A DNA stretch of 64,000 bases from Ginglymostoma cirratum. Its lineage: Eukaryota. This document shows positions 48,507 through 60,540 of the stretch, piece after piece. The stretch covers positions 32,158,511 through 32,222,510 of the forward strand of contig JAHRHZ010000022.1 in the NCBI GenBank assembly GCA_024137785.1, in the 5' to 3' direction. The position numbers and the translations under genes are program-made. The notes under the pieces are model-generated. The model did not search any database, was not told the origin of the DNA, and saw nothing but the letters and a program-made list of their open reading frames with translations. Within the stretch, counting starts at the first letter, position 1, and the number at the start of each line of letters is the position of its first letter.

Positions 48507-51500
48507 GTAAGGAGAATTTGTATTCTCTGCAGTAATAATTCACAGTTTTAGCCCTTTTTTTGTCAAAGTTTGATGAAAAACAGTGATACTTATTGAAAAA
48601 AAACTAGTATTGCATACTGTTTCTGAGGTATATAAAAAAATGTGCAGTTTGTTTTTAACACAATTTTTTTTTGAATGGGTTTATTAAATTCTGACTCTGG
48701 GGTTGTTGCTACTTCATGAGTTTCTTGAAACAGTCATGAGAATGATATGTCACCAATCAAATCCTGAGGTATCTGTTAGGTGGGTGATTATTTAAAGTCC
48801 TGATCTGTTATAATCTTGCAACTTTTTTTGCTGCAATGTTGACAAAGACTGTTGAAATATGGTCCTGTGTACATTTCATTCAGGCAATTTCCATTTCTTG
48901 TTGTACGATTGCAAAAATTCTGAACTTTATCAAAGGGAAATTGAAGTCTTGTATTGAATTTGATAGTTTCAGATGTATAATTCTGAAATTCTTTTCTGTT
49001 AGATGGAAACTGTATATTGTCGGCAATCAAAGTCCATATATGTACGCTTTAATTTACAAAATTACGTGGTGTGGCAGGTCTGGAGATTTGATGTCCTACT
49101 TAAGACATCAATAACTGTTGCTGTATTTATACAGTGTGTTTTTGTGACATCAATTTCATGCCATTCATTTAATAATTAGAATAATATGCATAATATTATG
49201 TATAAGTTGAACGTTTGTTTGGAAACATTGTTGCATAATTATTATTTTCATTCTTTATTGTTTCAACATACATTGCCATTCTTCAAGCGGTCAATAAACA
49301 TACTAAAAAAGAACCTCTGAGCACTAACTTTCCTATATGAGCACCAAAAGTGGTGTAGAAAATATTTTTACCTTTTTTCTTAAGAAATGCTATTTGTCTA
49401 ATTTTTGTACCGAGTTTAAAATAGAGATTTTTGAAAATTAAAATACTGCTCATTGAGATTTTTTTCTTCCACACTGGCAAATTTTATCTGTAAAATAGCT
49501 AGCCAAAGCCTTTAACTAGTTAGTAACCAGATAGTTGATTTCAGAATCCCGTAAAACAAATAAAAAATTTACAGTAAAATTAAGCATTTTGTATTGTGTA
49601 GTTCTTTTACATAAAACAAAATAACTTCTTTTTTACAGGTTGAAAAAGTAAATTGGATTTAAAATCTAAGTTATCAAGAAAAGAAGTATGTCAATATAGA
49701 AAAGTCGACATTGGTGTTGATAATAAATAAATGAATATTTGCATGTAAGGATTTTGTAGCAAAATATATTAGTTGTTTGAAACGTTCCTAATAGTCATGG
49801 TTGATGATTGATTTGACTTACCGTAGGTCACTCAACCTCATAAAGTGATGATTTGTATATGACCGTTCAATATTACAGAGCAAGGGAATGATGGGGCATA
49901 GGTCAGTCCTCATATATGGGGTAACAGGAGGAAAAAAATGTGGCATAAAACTGAGAAAATGTGACATCAGTCTCTAATTCAGTAACTATGATTTAAAAAT
50001 GCATGCTTTCATTAAAACCAGCTGCACAATACATTAATGAGAATTCAATGAAAGGAAGAAAAATAATCTGACTTTTTCACTTTCTGTCTTTTGTTGCTTC
50101 TGCGGTTGTTTTCATATGCTAACCTCCTAATATTCCACATGTGTTTAATGTTACCTTCAGTACCTTAGGGTGGCACCATCACTTTGTTTGACAGTTCCTA
50201 AGCAAAAAAATTATTCTCTTTATTGGATCTGCTGTGTTTCTTTGCCCTGCTCTCATCCACTTCAATGCTTTGACTTGCTGGCTCATTGGCTTGACCTCTG
50301 TCACAGCTGTAATGCTGTTTGCCAGCACGGTATCTTTCAGCACCATGTGTTTAAGCATGACATGATTTGTGTAGCATGTATCATTTAATTCTCCAACATG
50401 AACAGAATTAACAAAATGTGTGTATCGTCCTTGTTCATTTCTGAGTGTTGCTGAAATGGAAATTGAACTAAACTTATTGTATAGGTGAAGATAATGTTTG
50501 AAACCACATTCATTTTTTTCAAAGTGAACCTGGAGTGGGGTTACGAATTAGCAGCATCTCCAGCTAAGTCAATAGTAATCTGTGATCAACATGTCAACTA
50601 TTGTATCACTTTATGATTACTGTTGATGTTAAAATAACTTGATTAATCAGTCATTTAAATTGGAAAAGATATGTTCAAAGTCAGCTCGAATGCATTTTCA
50701 AGGCAGTTTGCTATACTTTTGATCAAATGCAAAAGCCAGCTTTAGCCTCCATTTATTTAGATTACAATAACCATTAAATTTGGAAAAAATAATTTCACAT
50801 CTTGTTTGTATATCATTCTCTGAACGTGAAACGTTTTATTTTACTAATATTGGAGTTTGGGAGCTTCTACACTATTGTGAAATGGTCATTTTTGGTATCT
50901 TTTTCTTCCCATGATACATATACTTTGTCTTGTGAAGTATTTACGCAAAGCTTTTTTGCAAGTAAAGTCAGTGCTCCAAGTAGGCATTATAAAATCCAAA
51001 TTAAGTGCAGATACTTTCACTTAAAGTCTTCTGGGTTCGTAAGTAAGTACTCATTCTATATTATGCCCAAAGATTAGTTTGTAATTGTTGACTTAATTTG
51101 TTCATCTCGTTTTGAAGTAAATTTTCGAAAAGTTTGTTTCATTATTGTAAACTTTTGAAAACTTTGTATAAGTGAAGAAACATACTGTGATTCTTCACAC
51201 AACGAATACTTAAAGGAGTGATAGAAATAAAAAAGAATTCCTTTGCTTGTGAGAAGATGTTTTTCCTTTCGTTGCAGTAATTCGAGTACCATTAATGGCA
51301 TTTCTCAATCTGGGCATATTCCTTGTGTGTGAACAAATGTGGTGAAATCATACATGCAACTGGGCAGGAGAAACAGAATGCTTTGTCACCAGCTTTTATG
51401 TAATAGAAAAGTCACTTTATCTGTGAGTGAAATGTGAACACCCTGGGCAACCTTGACTTTGTGTTTTGGTATAAAACTGGCAATAACAAACAGGCAACCT

Positions 51501-54500
51501 GTTTACCCTCTCTCTGCAGAAGTCAATGGAAAGAAAAATTTGAGGGAAATGTAAAACAAGTTGTGGATTTGCTTTCACCTGTTTTATGCTATCGCACGGT
51601 TAAAATTACTCCCATTGCGATTTGGAATTGCTTTGCCTCGGTTGTATTTTTCTCGATTTGTAAAGAGGTGGATACAGCAATGGTGGAACACCTATTCTGT
51701 GTACTTCATACAGTAAAATATTTCGTAAACCTCTTTAAAAGAATGTTGTTGTGCATACTGAGATGTATATGTAATATAATCAGTCAACTGGATCATTTGT
51801 GCAACGTTTGAGTTTTAATGTTTTGCTACATTAAGCATGTTGTGTCAATAGACATCTGAAATTTTTATTTTCAGGTGCTTTTGGTGATCATGCTGCACAG
51901 GAGTTACTTGACCGTCCTCACTCTTGGAATAAGCTTCTTTTGTATTATGCAGTTGAGAGCTACACAGAAGTTTAAAGGCAGTTTGTTCCCTGTCTTTTGG
52001 AACAGTTGTTTGTGTAGCTTTCATGAACATGGGGCATCTTTTAGAGAAAAAAACTAACCGTATAGCAGTTAATTTTTGGTGATAAAACAGGTCACATAAT
52101 TTGTGCCTATTTGTATTGCATAGGCAGAACCATTAAAGTGGTAAATTAGTACAGAAAAGATATGTTGTAAAATGGTGCCGACTTTAAACAAAGGGAGGTT
52201 TACCTTTCTTGGGGCGATGTCTGTCAGTTTTTTTTCCTGAGAAACTCCTCTTTGGGCAATGATGACCTTTCAGAATATCCCACACTGAGAATCAGTGTAT
52301 TACATGTGGTCAGGAAATAATGATTTCCAAGGGCTAATGCTGGGAGTTGGAAACTGTGTGCAACTACAGGTCACATTTTAAACAAAAGAAAGGTTACGTT
52401 ATTATTTTATTTAATTTCACACAATATGTAAGGCATTAAATGTTGTTGAGAATTATTTCTCACCAACATTTGTAATATAACCAAGTTTGTACTCACTCTC
52501 CTTTTGCTTATATGTTAGGCTTCAGAAAGCATTACTTCTTATTTTCCATCAACCCATCCTGTAGCTCAGCAATCCATATGGAGTTGAAATGTGTTTGGAA
52601 TTGTTAAAATACAAACTTATTCACATCTTAAAAATAACAATGCTTATTTCAACACCCCTTTAAAAATATCCAGTAACAGGGTTGAATTTTAAAGTCTAAT
52701 ATAATTTTAAAACTCAGTTCCTGGCATCACACAAACCTATTGATTTAGATGACAGTTGTAACCCATTCTCAGGAATGTAATTTTTCACTCTTATTCTTCG
52801 TTGCTTGTTTGGCCTTCCCCTCCTGACTGTTCTCACAGCAAGAAAGAGGATGCTCTCTGCAGGCTTCTCCACAGCTCCTATCAGTACCCTCCATGAATAG
52901 GTTGAGAATAAGGATGTCCCTACAGGGCAAGATTGCTGCTGTTCTTTTCTCTCAGTTGAGATGAGGGTTTCAGCTACTGCAATACGCTTCACACAGCAGA
53001 GTAGCTAACATCTCAAAAGAAAAGGCACCCATTGAGGGTGAGCAAAAATGAACATCCATTCATGGCTGGGCTTTAGAGGATGACCTTGGACTTTATGTGT
53101 GAGAATAAAAAAGACTGCTGACTTGTTAACATCCTGTTTACACTACTGCACAAAGTCAAGATCTACTCTTGCATTCTTCTTCGAATTCCAATGCTTTGAT
53201 TCGGGAATATGAACTTTTGTTCTTCCTTGGTTATAAAACTACTGTGGAAGGTATTCAATGCTTCAGTGTGCTGCCAAAATGATGGCAAAATATGTTTGTT
53301 TCCACCTGAAGGTTGCACAATTTTACTTCCTCGTGTTAATTCATAGCATTTTCATGTGAAAACATGCAGCCATTGTTAGACTTGCATGACTGACGGAAGC
53401 CTACGTTACTGCTGCTCACCTGCCATCTGTTTCTCCTGCAGCTGGGGCTGTATAATTATCCAAAGGCTGATGGATCTAGTCCGAAAGAGGTATTCTCTTT
53501 AAGGATGTAAAATGCATGAAACCAGAAGTGAATTCCAGTGCCTTGTGAGCAAACCTTTGCTGATTTAATTTTGAAGGTAACGTGTCAGCACAAAGGAATT
53601 CAAAAGGGAACAATCCCTCCAGGTTACCTTCCTATTTGATAGATTGTTGTAAATTTTGATTTTGTATGGGCTTGGTTACTGCCTTGTGTCAGGTGAAAAA
53701 CACCACACAATGGTTTTAAAAAAAGAAATAATTTGAAGGAAGCAGTACTTTGTTTTTGAAATGAATTATCCTTTATTAAAAAATCAAGATCAAACTGCAC
53801 TATCTTTATTTCTCATGATAAATACATTTCAAAAGCGGAGACGTGATAAAGATACACAGGAGCACGTATAAAAGAAAGGCAACTCAGGCAAAATTGTTAT
53901 TTACTGTAAGTCAGAGACACATGAATTGCAACTTATGGCCTGAAAGCAGATTTATACTCCAGGTTACTGTAAAAATGCAAAGTAAGTGGGATTTTAAAAT
54001 TAAAACCTAAAGCCCAATTCGATCTCCAGATAGATGCAATGTGGCTTTTCATTCTCCTGAGAAGTATTTTTCAGTGGTACCCAAGACTCTTGCAGTTAGG
54101 ATAATTCATCTTAGTTTCCTTGATTTTCCAGCATTGGCTGCATGGAAAATAAAATGAGACCTTTTTGAATTTGTCTCTGTGCACATTCTTCCTTGAAAGA
54201 TCATCACTGGTATCCAGATGCTCTGTAGGTCGCAATGCCTTCAATTTTAGATTCAGGTGCTTAATACCAGTTCTCGGGAGGAAACTGTCAATTTCTGCCC
54301 ACATCAGTCATTTACTGACGATTGTATGCAATCCAGAACAACTGACTTATTTCACATTTCGCTTCCCCTCCTTCCCTGTCAGCACTGAAGCCCAATGAAT
54401 TTAATTAGGAAAAATAGCATATTTAATGCCTGTGCTGCGATGGGGTATTTGGAGCTTCTGTCTTTGGTCTCTGTGCTGTCACAAGCTCCAGCTGTGTGGA

Positions 54501-57500
54501 GATCTCATTGAGTTTTGATCCTGTTCCTTTTATAAAATACTACACATGCAGAATAGAAATTAGCCGGCTGCAAGAAAGAGATGTCCTGCCTTTTTGATTT
54601 GGAGGATCAGCTAAGACTGGCAGGATTCAGAGAAATATGTAAATATCTTTCTAATCTAAACCTAAGGATAGTTGTGTTGCTTTGTTGGTGTAGCACTGCA
54701 GTGGGGAATTAAGAAAAAATGTCGAGCGAAAGACGTGTAGACAGAAACTAAATTTTTTTTCTTAGACCACATCTCTTTGAAAATTAGTTTGGGATGTTCC
54801 TAGAAATTTCTGAGGATCATTATCATAATAGCAGATTCAAAATAATTAATAAGCACCTCTGACAGCAAAATTCTAATTGTTCTTGCAACAAACACTATTT
54901 ATGATACAATAACTTCATTTGATACTAGACTTTGCCAGTGTTCTCATTTTAATGAATGAAAATTCATATCCAATGATAAAGTAGTAATGAGGCCACAGTT
55001 ATCAAGGATACATTTTGCTGAATAACCAGCAAATGTGGATAAATAATTCATATTTGTAAACAAACTTCAGCAGATGATTTTGAAACTCTGTTGGATGTGA
55101 TAATTCTAGAACTACGGTAGTGACACTATGAAGTATTGGACCCATTGGAATTGAATAATTGACCCTGGCGGTACGGACCAGATTTTCACAAAGTGAGAAA
55201 AATGTTATGTTTAAGGACTGGTGCATGTGCAACTGTGTGATTTCACTTTGTTGTCGTCAGATGGATTTCCTTAAACCCAATTATTATGTACTCACCCCTC
55301 TCGAGAGTTATAAACTTGCTTATTATCACCAACTGGGGCAGAACTAATCAAATTCTAACTTTAATATCCAGCCTGGGCACAGGTACTAGCTCCACCCTGC
55401 ACGACCTGCTTACATTGCCAAAAGCAGCAGGAATTTATTCTTGTTTTATCTCTGCACTTTCCCTTTAGCAATCCCCATAATTACCTGGTAAATCCCATGC
55501 ATCTTACAATATACTAGATAGGTACATTAAGGAAAGGGTGCTGACAATTGTCAGAACATATAAAGGGTGAAATAAATTGTAGATTAAACGTTAAATCAGG
55601 CAAGCAGTGTTCTGATGTACCATTTGAATGGCCAAATGACAACTTATTCAGTAAAAATTGTAAGGATGCTGTTGTTAGAAAGAACAATTTTGTGTTATTG
55701 GGGAGTCCATATAAATGTTTTCTTGGACTGCTGCACATCTTCCAGATGAAATTCTGTTGTACAGTACATAGTGATGTATAATAGTTTAAGTGAGAGCACC
55801 ATGATCCTTGATATTTCAGATAATCTGGAAGCTGTTGCAATAAGAAGCAATGTGTATTCTCTTTAACTGAAATGAGGTTAACCTTGTTTTCCAGAGTACT
55901 GTGAACTCTGGGGAGATGCAAGATCCTCTCGCAGCATGTCAGTTCTTTTGAATACCTTCTTGAGAAATTAAGCTGGGGACTGAGGGAAACATAACCAAAA
56001 CTACTATGCTTTTCTCATTAAGTTCTCAACAGCTTGTTTTGAAATGCATGATATATGTTCGATTGGATTTTCTTTCTCTTTTTGTTTCCCAAGACTTGCT
56101 CCCCTTTGGCAAAGGATCTGCTGCAAACGTGTATCTTGGCTGAGGTCAGAACTTCCCTGAATGACCCAATTTTGTCCCTTCCCTTTAATTCTATTATAAC
56201 TTTAGCTCTCTGCCTGTAAGGTAAAATGTTCAGCATTTAATCTTGCAGCTGAATCTTGACTTGTAGCACTAACTGCCTTTAGAACACTGGCGACTCATTG
56301 AACAGAGATTACAACTGTTAAGTGTCAGTTCTTTGTTGCATTACTTCACAACTCTCCACTTTAAAAGACCTGAAATGTAAAGTTGAATAAAATGGAGGCA
56401 CCGACATGTGTTTCGGGACACCTCTGTCTTATCATTGCCTATGCGACTTAAAAGATTCAAAACCTGAAATTTTAATCCATACTCAGTGTAAAACTTATTA
56501 AATTAAGCCATAATTAATATTGGACAGTTAAAACGAGCAGGATTTGATTCGTGCTTTCTAATCCATGGCGTAGTTTCACATTAGTCATAAGGTGATAAGA
56601 ACCTTCCAGCCAATTGGATCGAATGAAATTGTTTTAGAACGTGTCTGAATGTGATGTACATCATATTCTCTTCTGGGGCTACCCGTGACATTTATTTCTG
56701 CACACTTGGAAAGCAGGATATCATGTTGTGGGTGTAGAAACCACCAGTACCATTCTTTTATAAAAATAACTTTAACTACATACCAGTGAATAAGAACAAA
56801 ATGGAGCTTAAGTACACTTACATTTATCAACTGCCCTTTCATATTGGGGGAAGAGGGTGTTGGCTATAAAACACGTGATTAATTCAAATAAAAGTATTTA
56901 TAATTTATGGGAAAATAATTGATTATCTTAACCTTTGTGCTGTAACAGTAAACCATCGGTACGAGTTAAAATACCTAGTCATTGAAGATACAAAGTAAGG
57001 GGTGCTGTAGGAATTTTAGTTTTATGTTTGAAATTTAATTTACGTGCTTTTTGGATGTTGTTTCACACAGTGCAGTTTGAAAGGATGAGCCACACCATGA
57101 ACATAAGGCACAATATTTTATTACGTGTATGCTTCTTGTGATATAGATTCAAGATTAATCATCTTATTGGTCCATTTCCCTTTGCTGTGGCAAATATAGA
57201 GAACAGGGAAAAGGAAATGCGCAGTGTACCGGTTAGATGTAAGTATGATAATCTATTCTTCATTGAGGCAGTCATTTTACACTTTTTAAACCCTACTAAT
57301 TAAAGGGAATTTTATAAAATCTAAAGTTGTAAACGGAGATGGCTGTGCGTCTGGTAGTACCTCATTGTCACCCTTTGATGTTACATTTTCTGCTTGCAAT
57401 CTGCTTGTTAGAAATAGCCTGTGGGAAACATGTTTTGTAATACCCCATGTTTTGACAACATATAGTTATGTTGCTTCTGTGTTGCCAACAGCCTATTGTT

Positions 57501-57544
57501 GCCATTCATTCATCTTGATTTTACATCCTGTATAGGGCTTGCTT

Positions 57545-57835
57545 GGGTGGCTTAATGCTTAGCACTGCTGCCTCACAGCACTAGCAACCTGGGTTCAATT
57601 CCACCTTGGGGCGACTGGTGTGGAGTTTGCACATTCTCCCCATGTGTGTGTGCTGTGGTTTCCTCCCACAGTCCAAAGATGTGCAAGTTAGGTGAATTGG
57701 CCATGCTAAATTGCCCATAGTGTTCAGGGATGTGTAGATTGACTGGGGGAGGGGGGTGGGTCTTGGTGGGATGCTCTGAGGGTTAGTGTGAACTTGTTGG
57801 GCCGAAGGCCTGTTTCCACACTGTAGGGATTCTCT
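57545..57835 (+). mobile_element. HE1 SINE (V-SINE)
   Basis: tRNA-like head TGGCTTAATGCTTAGCACTGCTGCCTCACAGC...GGGTTCAATTCC, V-domain GTGTGGAGTTTGCACATTCTCCCC...GGTTTCCTCCCACAGTCCAAAGATGTGC, and HER1-type tail GGGCCGAAGGCCTGTTTCCACACTGTAGGGATTCT. Confidence 0.9.
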
Positions 57836-58089
57836 GATCCTCCGGCTGGGACAAGAGTTAAAATGGGGAGGGGAGAGCTGTCCTGCCTGGATGCGACCAA
57901 TTGCTATTTTCAGGACAAGGTGGCAAGGCTACCAAAGTCAAACTGTCATGCTCCTATTTAATACAGAATCTCCCATCATGTCATTGGAGCCTGGTCTGCC
58001 ATTTCAAACTCAGCAGCACAGCATTGGTGGATCTAGCTAAACATTCCAGTATGAAGCAAGGCCAAACAAAGATCCAGGATATAGCAAGC

Positions 58090-58262
58090 CATTTAAAAAA
58101 CACACATTGAGGAGTTTCATGACCATCATTATTGACCTAAGCTTTTCATTCCAAATGTATTTATCAATTGAGTTTAAATTCCCTCATGGCTGTTGTTAAA
58201 CTTGAACTGTCATCTTCAGGCCTCAGGAATACTAGTCCAGGAATATAACCACCACATTACTG
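58090..58262 (-). mobile_element. tRNA-derived shark SINE, 5' part (same family as 24655-24871)
   Basis: Minus strand reads GGTGGTTATATTCCTGGACTAGTATTCCTGAGGCC...GTTCAAGT...GGGAATTTAAACTCAA...ATGGTCATGAAAC. Confidence 0.55.
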
Positions 58263-58379
58263 TGCTCATAAAGTGCCTACAATGCAATAAAGGATGCTCA
58301 GCTCATCAAGTCTGCACGGACTCTCCAAAAAACATCCCATCGTATTCATTCACCATAGTTAATCCTGCTAGCCCGCACA

Positions 58380-58556
58380 TTTCTGGACATTACAGGGCAA
58401 TTTAGCATGGTCTGCGCGTCTTTGGAACTATGGGAGGAAACTGGAACACCAGCAAAACCCACGCAGACACAGGGAGAATGTGCATACAGGGCTGTAATTG
58501 AACCTAGATCCTTGACCCTGCGAGGCAGTGGTGCTAACCAATGAACGATCGTGCCA
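58380..58556 (-). mobile_element. HE1/V-SINE, inverted relative to the copy at 57545
   Basis: GGGCAATTTAGCATGG...TGGGAGGAAACTGGAACACC...CCCACGCAGACACAGGGAGAATGTGCA...ATTGAACCTAG...GAGGCAGTGGTGCTAACCA. Confidence 0.85.
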
Positions 58557-60429
58557 TACTCTAATGCTGTAGAGAGTTCAGCCCCAGAATTATGTTGAAG
58601 TTTCTCACCACCATAAATCATTTTCTACAAAGGTGAAATGTATATGGTATTTATAGGGTCTAGTTCTTTAGCATGTGCTTATGATGGTAGACAAGTCAAT
58701 GTGTGAGGACTTTGTTTCGCAACAAAAACCACGCTGCATAATTTCCCTTTTACTGACATCGATTCTTTTCCAATAACATCAACAAAACTTATGTGTAAAA
58801 TACATTGAAAGCCATGAGAAATGCAATAATGTTTAAATGATAGCTGGATCTTCTGCTTCGGTAGGTTGCGAGTTTGGGATAACGGTGACATTCACGTAAT
58901 GCTGCTGCCTTCCCATCTCCAGCTGAATTAAATTTTGGGCAGGAAGAGCCATGATTGACCTTTCACCTCTCCCCACCCCCTGCCTTTACCAATTAAGGAC
59001 CTTAAATGGCCAATTAAGGATGACTTGAGGGACTTAGCCCATTGGCACGAGACAACTCACCCAGTAGCTGCTATCTTGCGGTCATCATCTCAAGGTGACA
59101 GTCACATCTGGGTCCCCCTTAATTCTGGGACTCCACCTCTGATAGCAGCCACAGCCCCCTCTATCGCACTGCTAAGTCCAAAGGCTGCTGGGTTCTGAGT
59201 AGCTAGCAGCTGTTGCTGGGCAGAATCTCTCCACTGGAATTTTGATTTCAGCGGAAGCCCTCAGTGCTGCCTGATTGGAATGTAGTTGGTGGGCCTTCCC
59301 TGGAGAGAGGAAGCCTTGACATCTCACCAACTCAACACCTTGTGAGGCCTCAAAGTGAGACCGCTTGATGTTTCTCATCATCGTATAGAATAATATAAAA
59401 TGAACACCATTTTGTGTCGATTGGATTTTGGCGATAGATCAGCATGAGCATTAATGGTGAATGTAAACTGAGTCCTGCTAGTGCCCGCCCAAGGTAACAT
59501 ATTCCTTTGTTTCATAGTGCATTCGTTCTTGTGCACCTTTTATCGGATCAGTTTTCCTCTGCAGTGTTTGTATTCTTCCATTCAAATTGTAAATTCTTTT
59601 TGTCATTGGTGACAGGAATTTTCCATTTTCTCTACATTCAATTGGAAATATTTCCTCCGTTAAGTGAAATGAAAGACAATTTCACAATGGCTAGAAATAG
59701 GGCTACATTGAGAGCTTTACTGTAATCACAATTACAGTACCTATTACTGCCTATTATGACTAAATGTTTAGTCAAAAGGGACTAAAATGAGTCTCCGTAT
59801 TAAATGCTGCAGTGGGAAGTGCCCTGACAGTTAGCCACATGTTAAGTTATGAGCCTTAGCCAAGCTGCTAGGGAAAGGAGTTTACAAACAAAGAAGCAAA
59901 AATAATTGGAAGGTGGGCAAACCTGGATCATGCATAACTCCTGGCGTTTGTTCAAGAGCACGAGCGTCGACCATCATTGAGCTTTCTGCTCAACTCCTCA
60001 GCTTAGGAATAGGGTGTTTTGGAAGACCTGATAATACACCACTCGCTTTTCTGTTTTTGTTTCTGTATCACGGTCAGTAGACCTTTCAGAGATAAGTTCA
60101 CGGTATCGTGGTAAACACTCGAAGCATGACGATCTACTGGAATCATGCTCCTCTGTTGAAAATTAATAGCTTAATTTTAACCAGGACAATTTTGTGCCTG
60201 AGGAATGTAATATTTACAAGTAATAGTTAGTTGTAATAAATGTCTGTTGGATTTCTCAATACCAAAATATTCAGGATGTAATTTCAGGAAAACAACAAAC
60301 ATTTCTGCACCAGGTAAAACACATTATTGGAGTCAAATTCACACAGGGGACTTTAAAAAGACAGGGAGGAAGATGAATAAATGGACAAGTATATCAATGT
60401 AGTGTACCTCCAGCAGAAAAGTTTGAATG

Positions 60430-60540
60430 TGCTGGAACTATGTATAAACAATGCTAACCATCTAAACTAAAACTGAAAATCATCATTTGAAGAAAGAATA
60501 CACAGGCTAATGCTTTGGTGTAGACCATTCTTCAGGATAC
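60430..60540 (-). mobile_element. Highly decayed Penelope-like terminal repeat
   Basis: Minus strand reads CTGAAGA (60535 to 60529) A TGGT-CTAC-ACCA AAGC ATTAGCC, a hammerhead layout with an eroded GAAA. Confidence 0.35.

Noticed and set aside
57545-57610. tRNA gene
   Set aside because: The A/B-box sequence is the tRNA-derived head of an HE1 SINE and continues into the V-domain.
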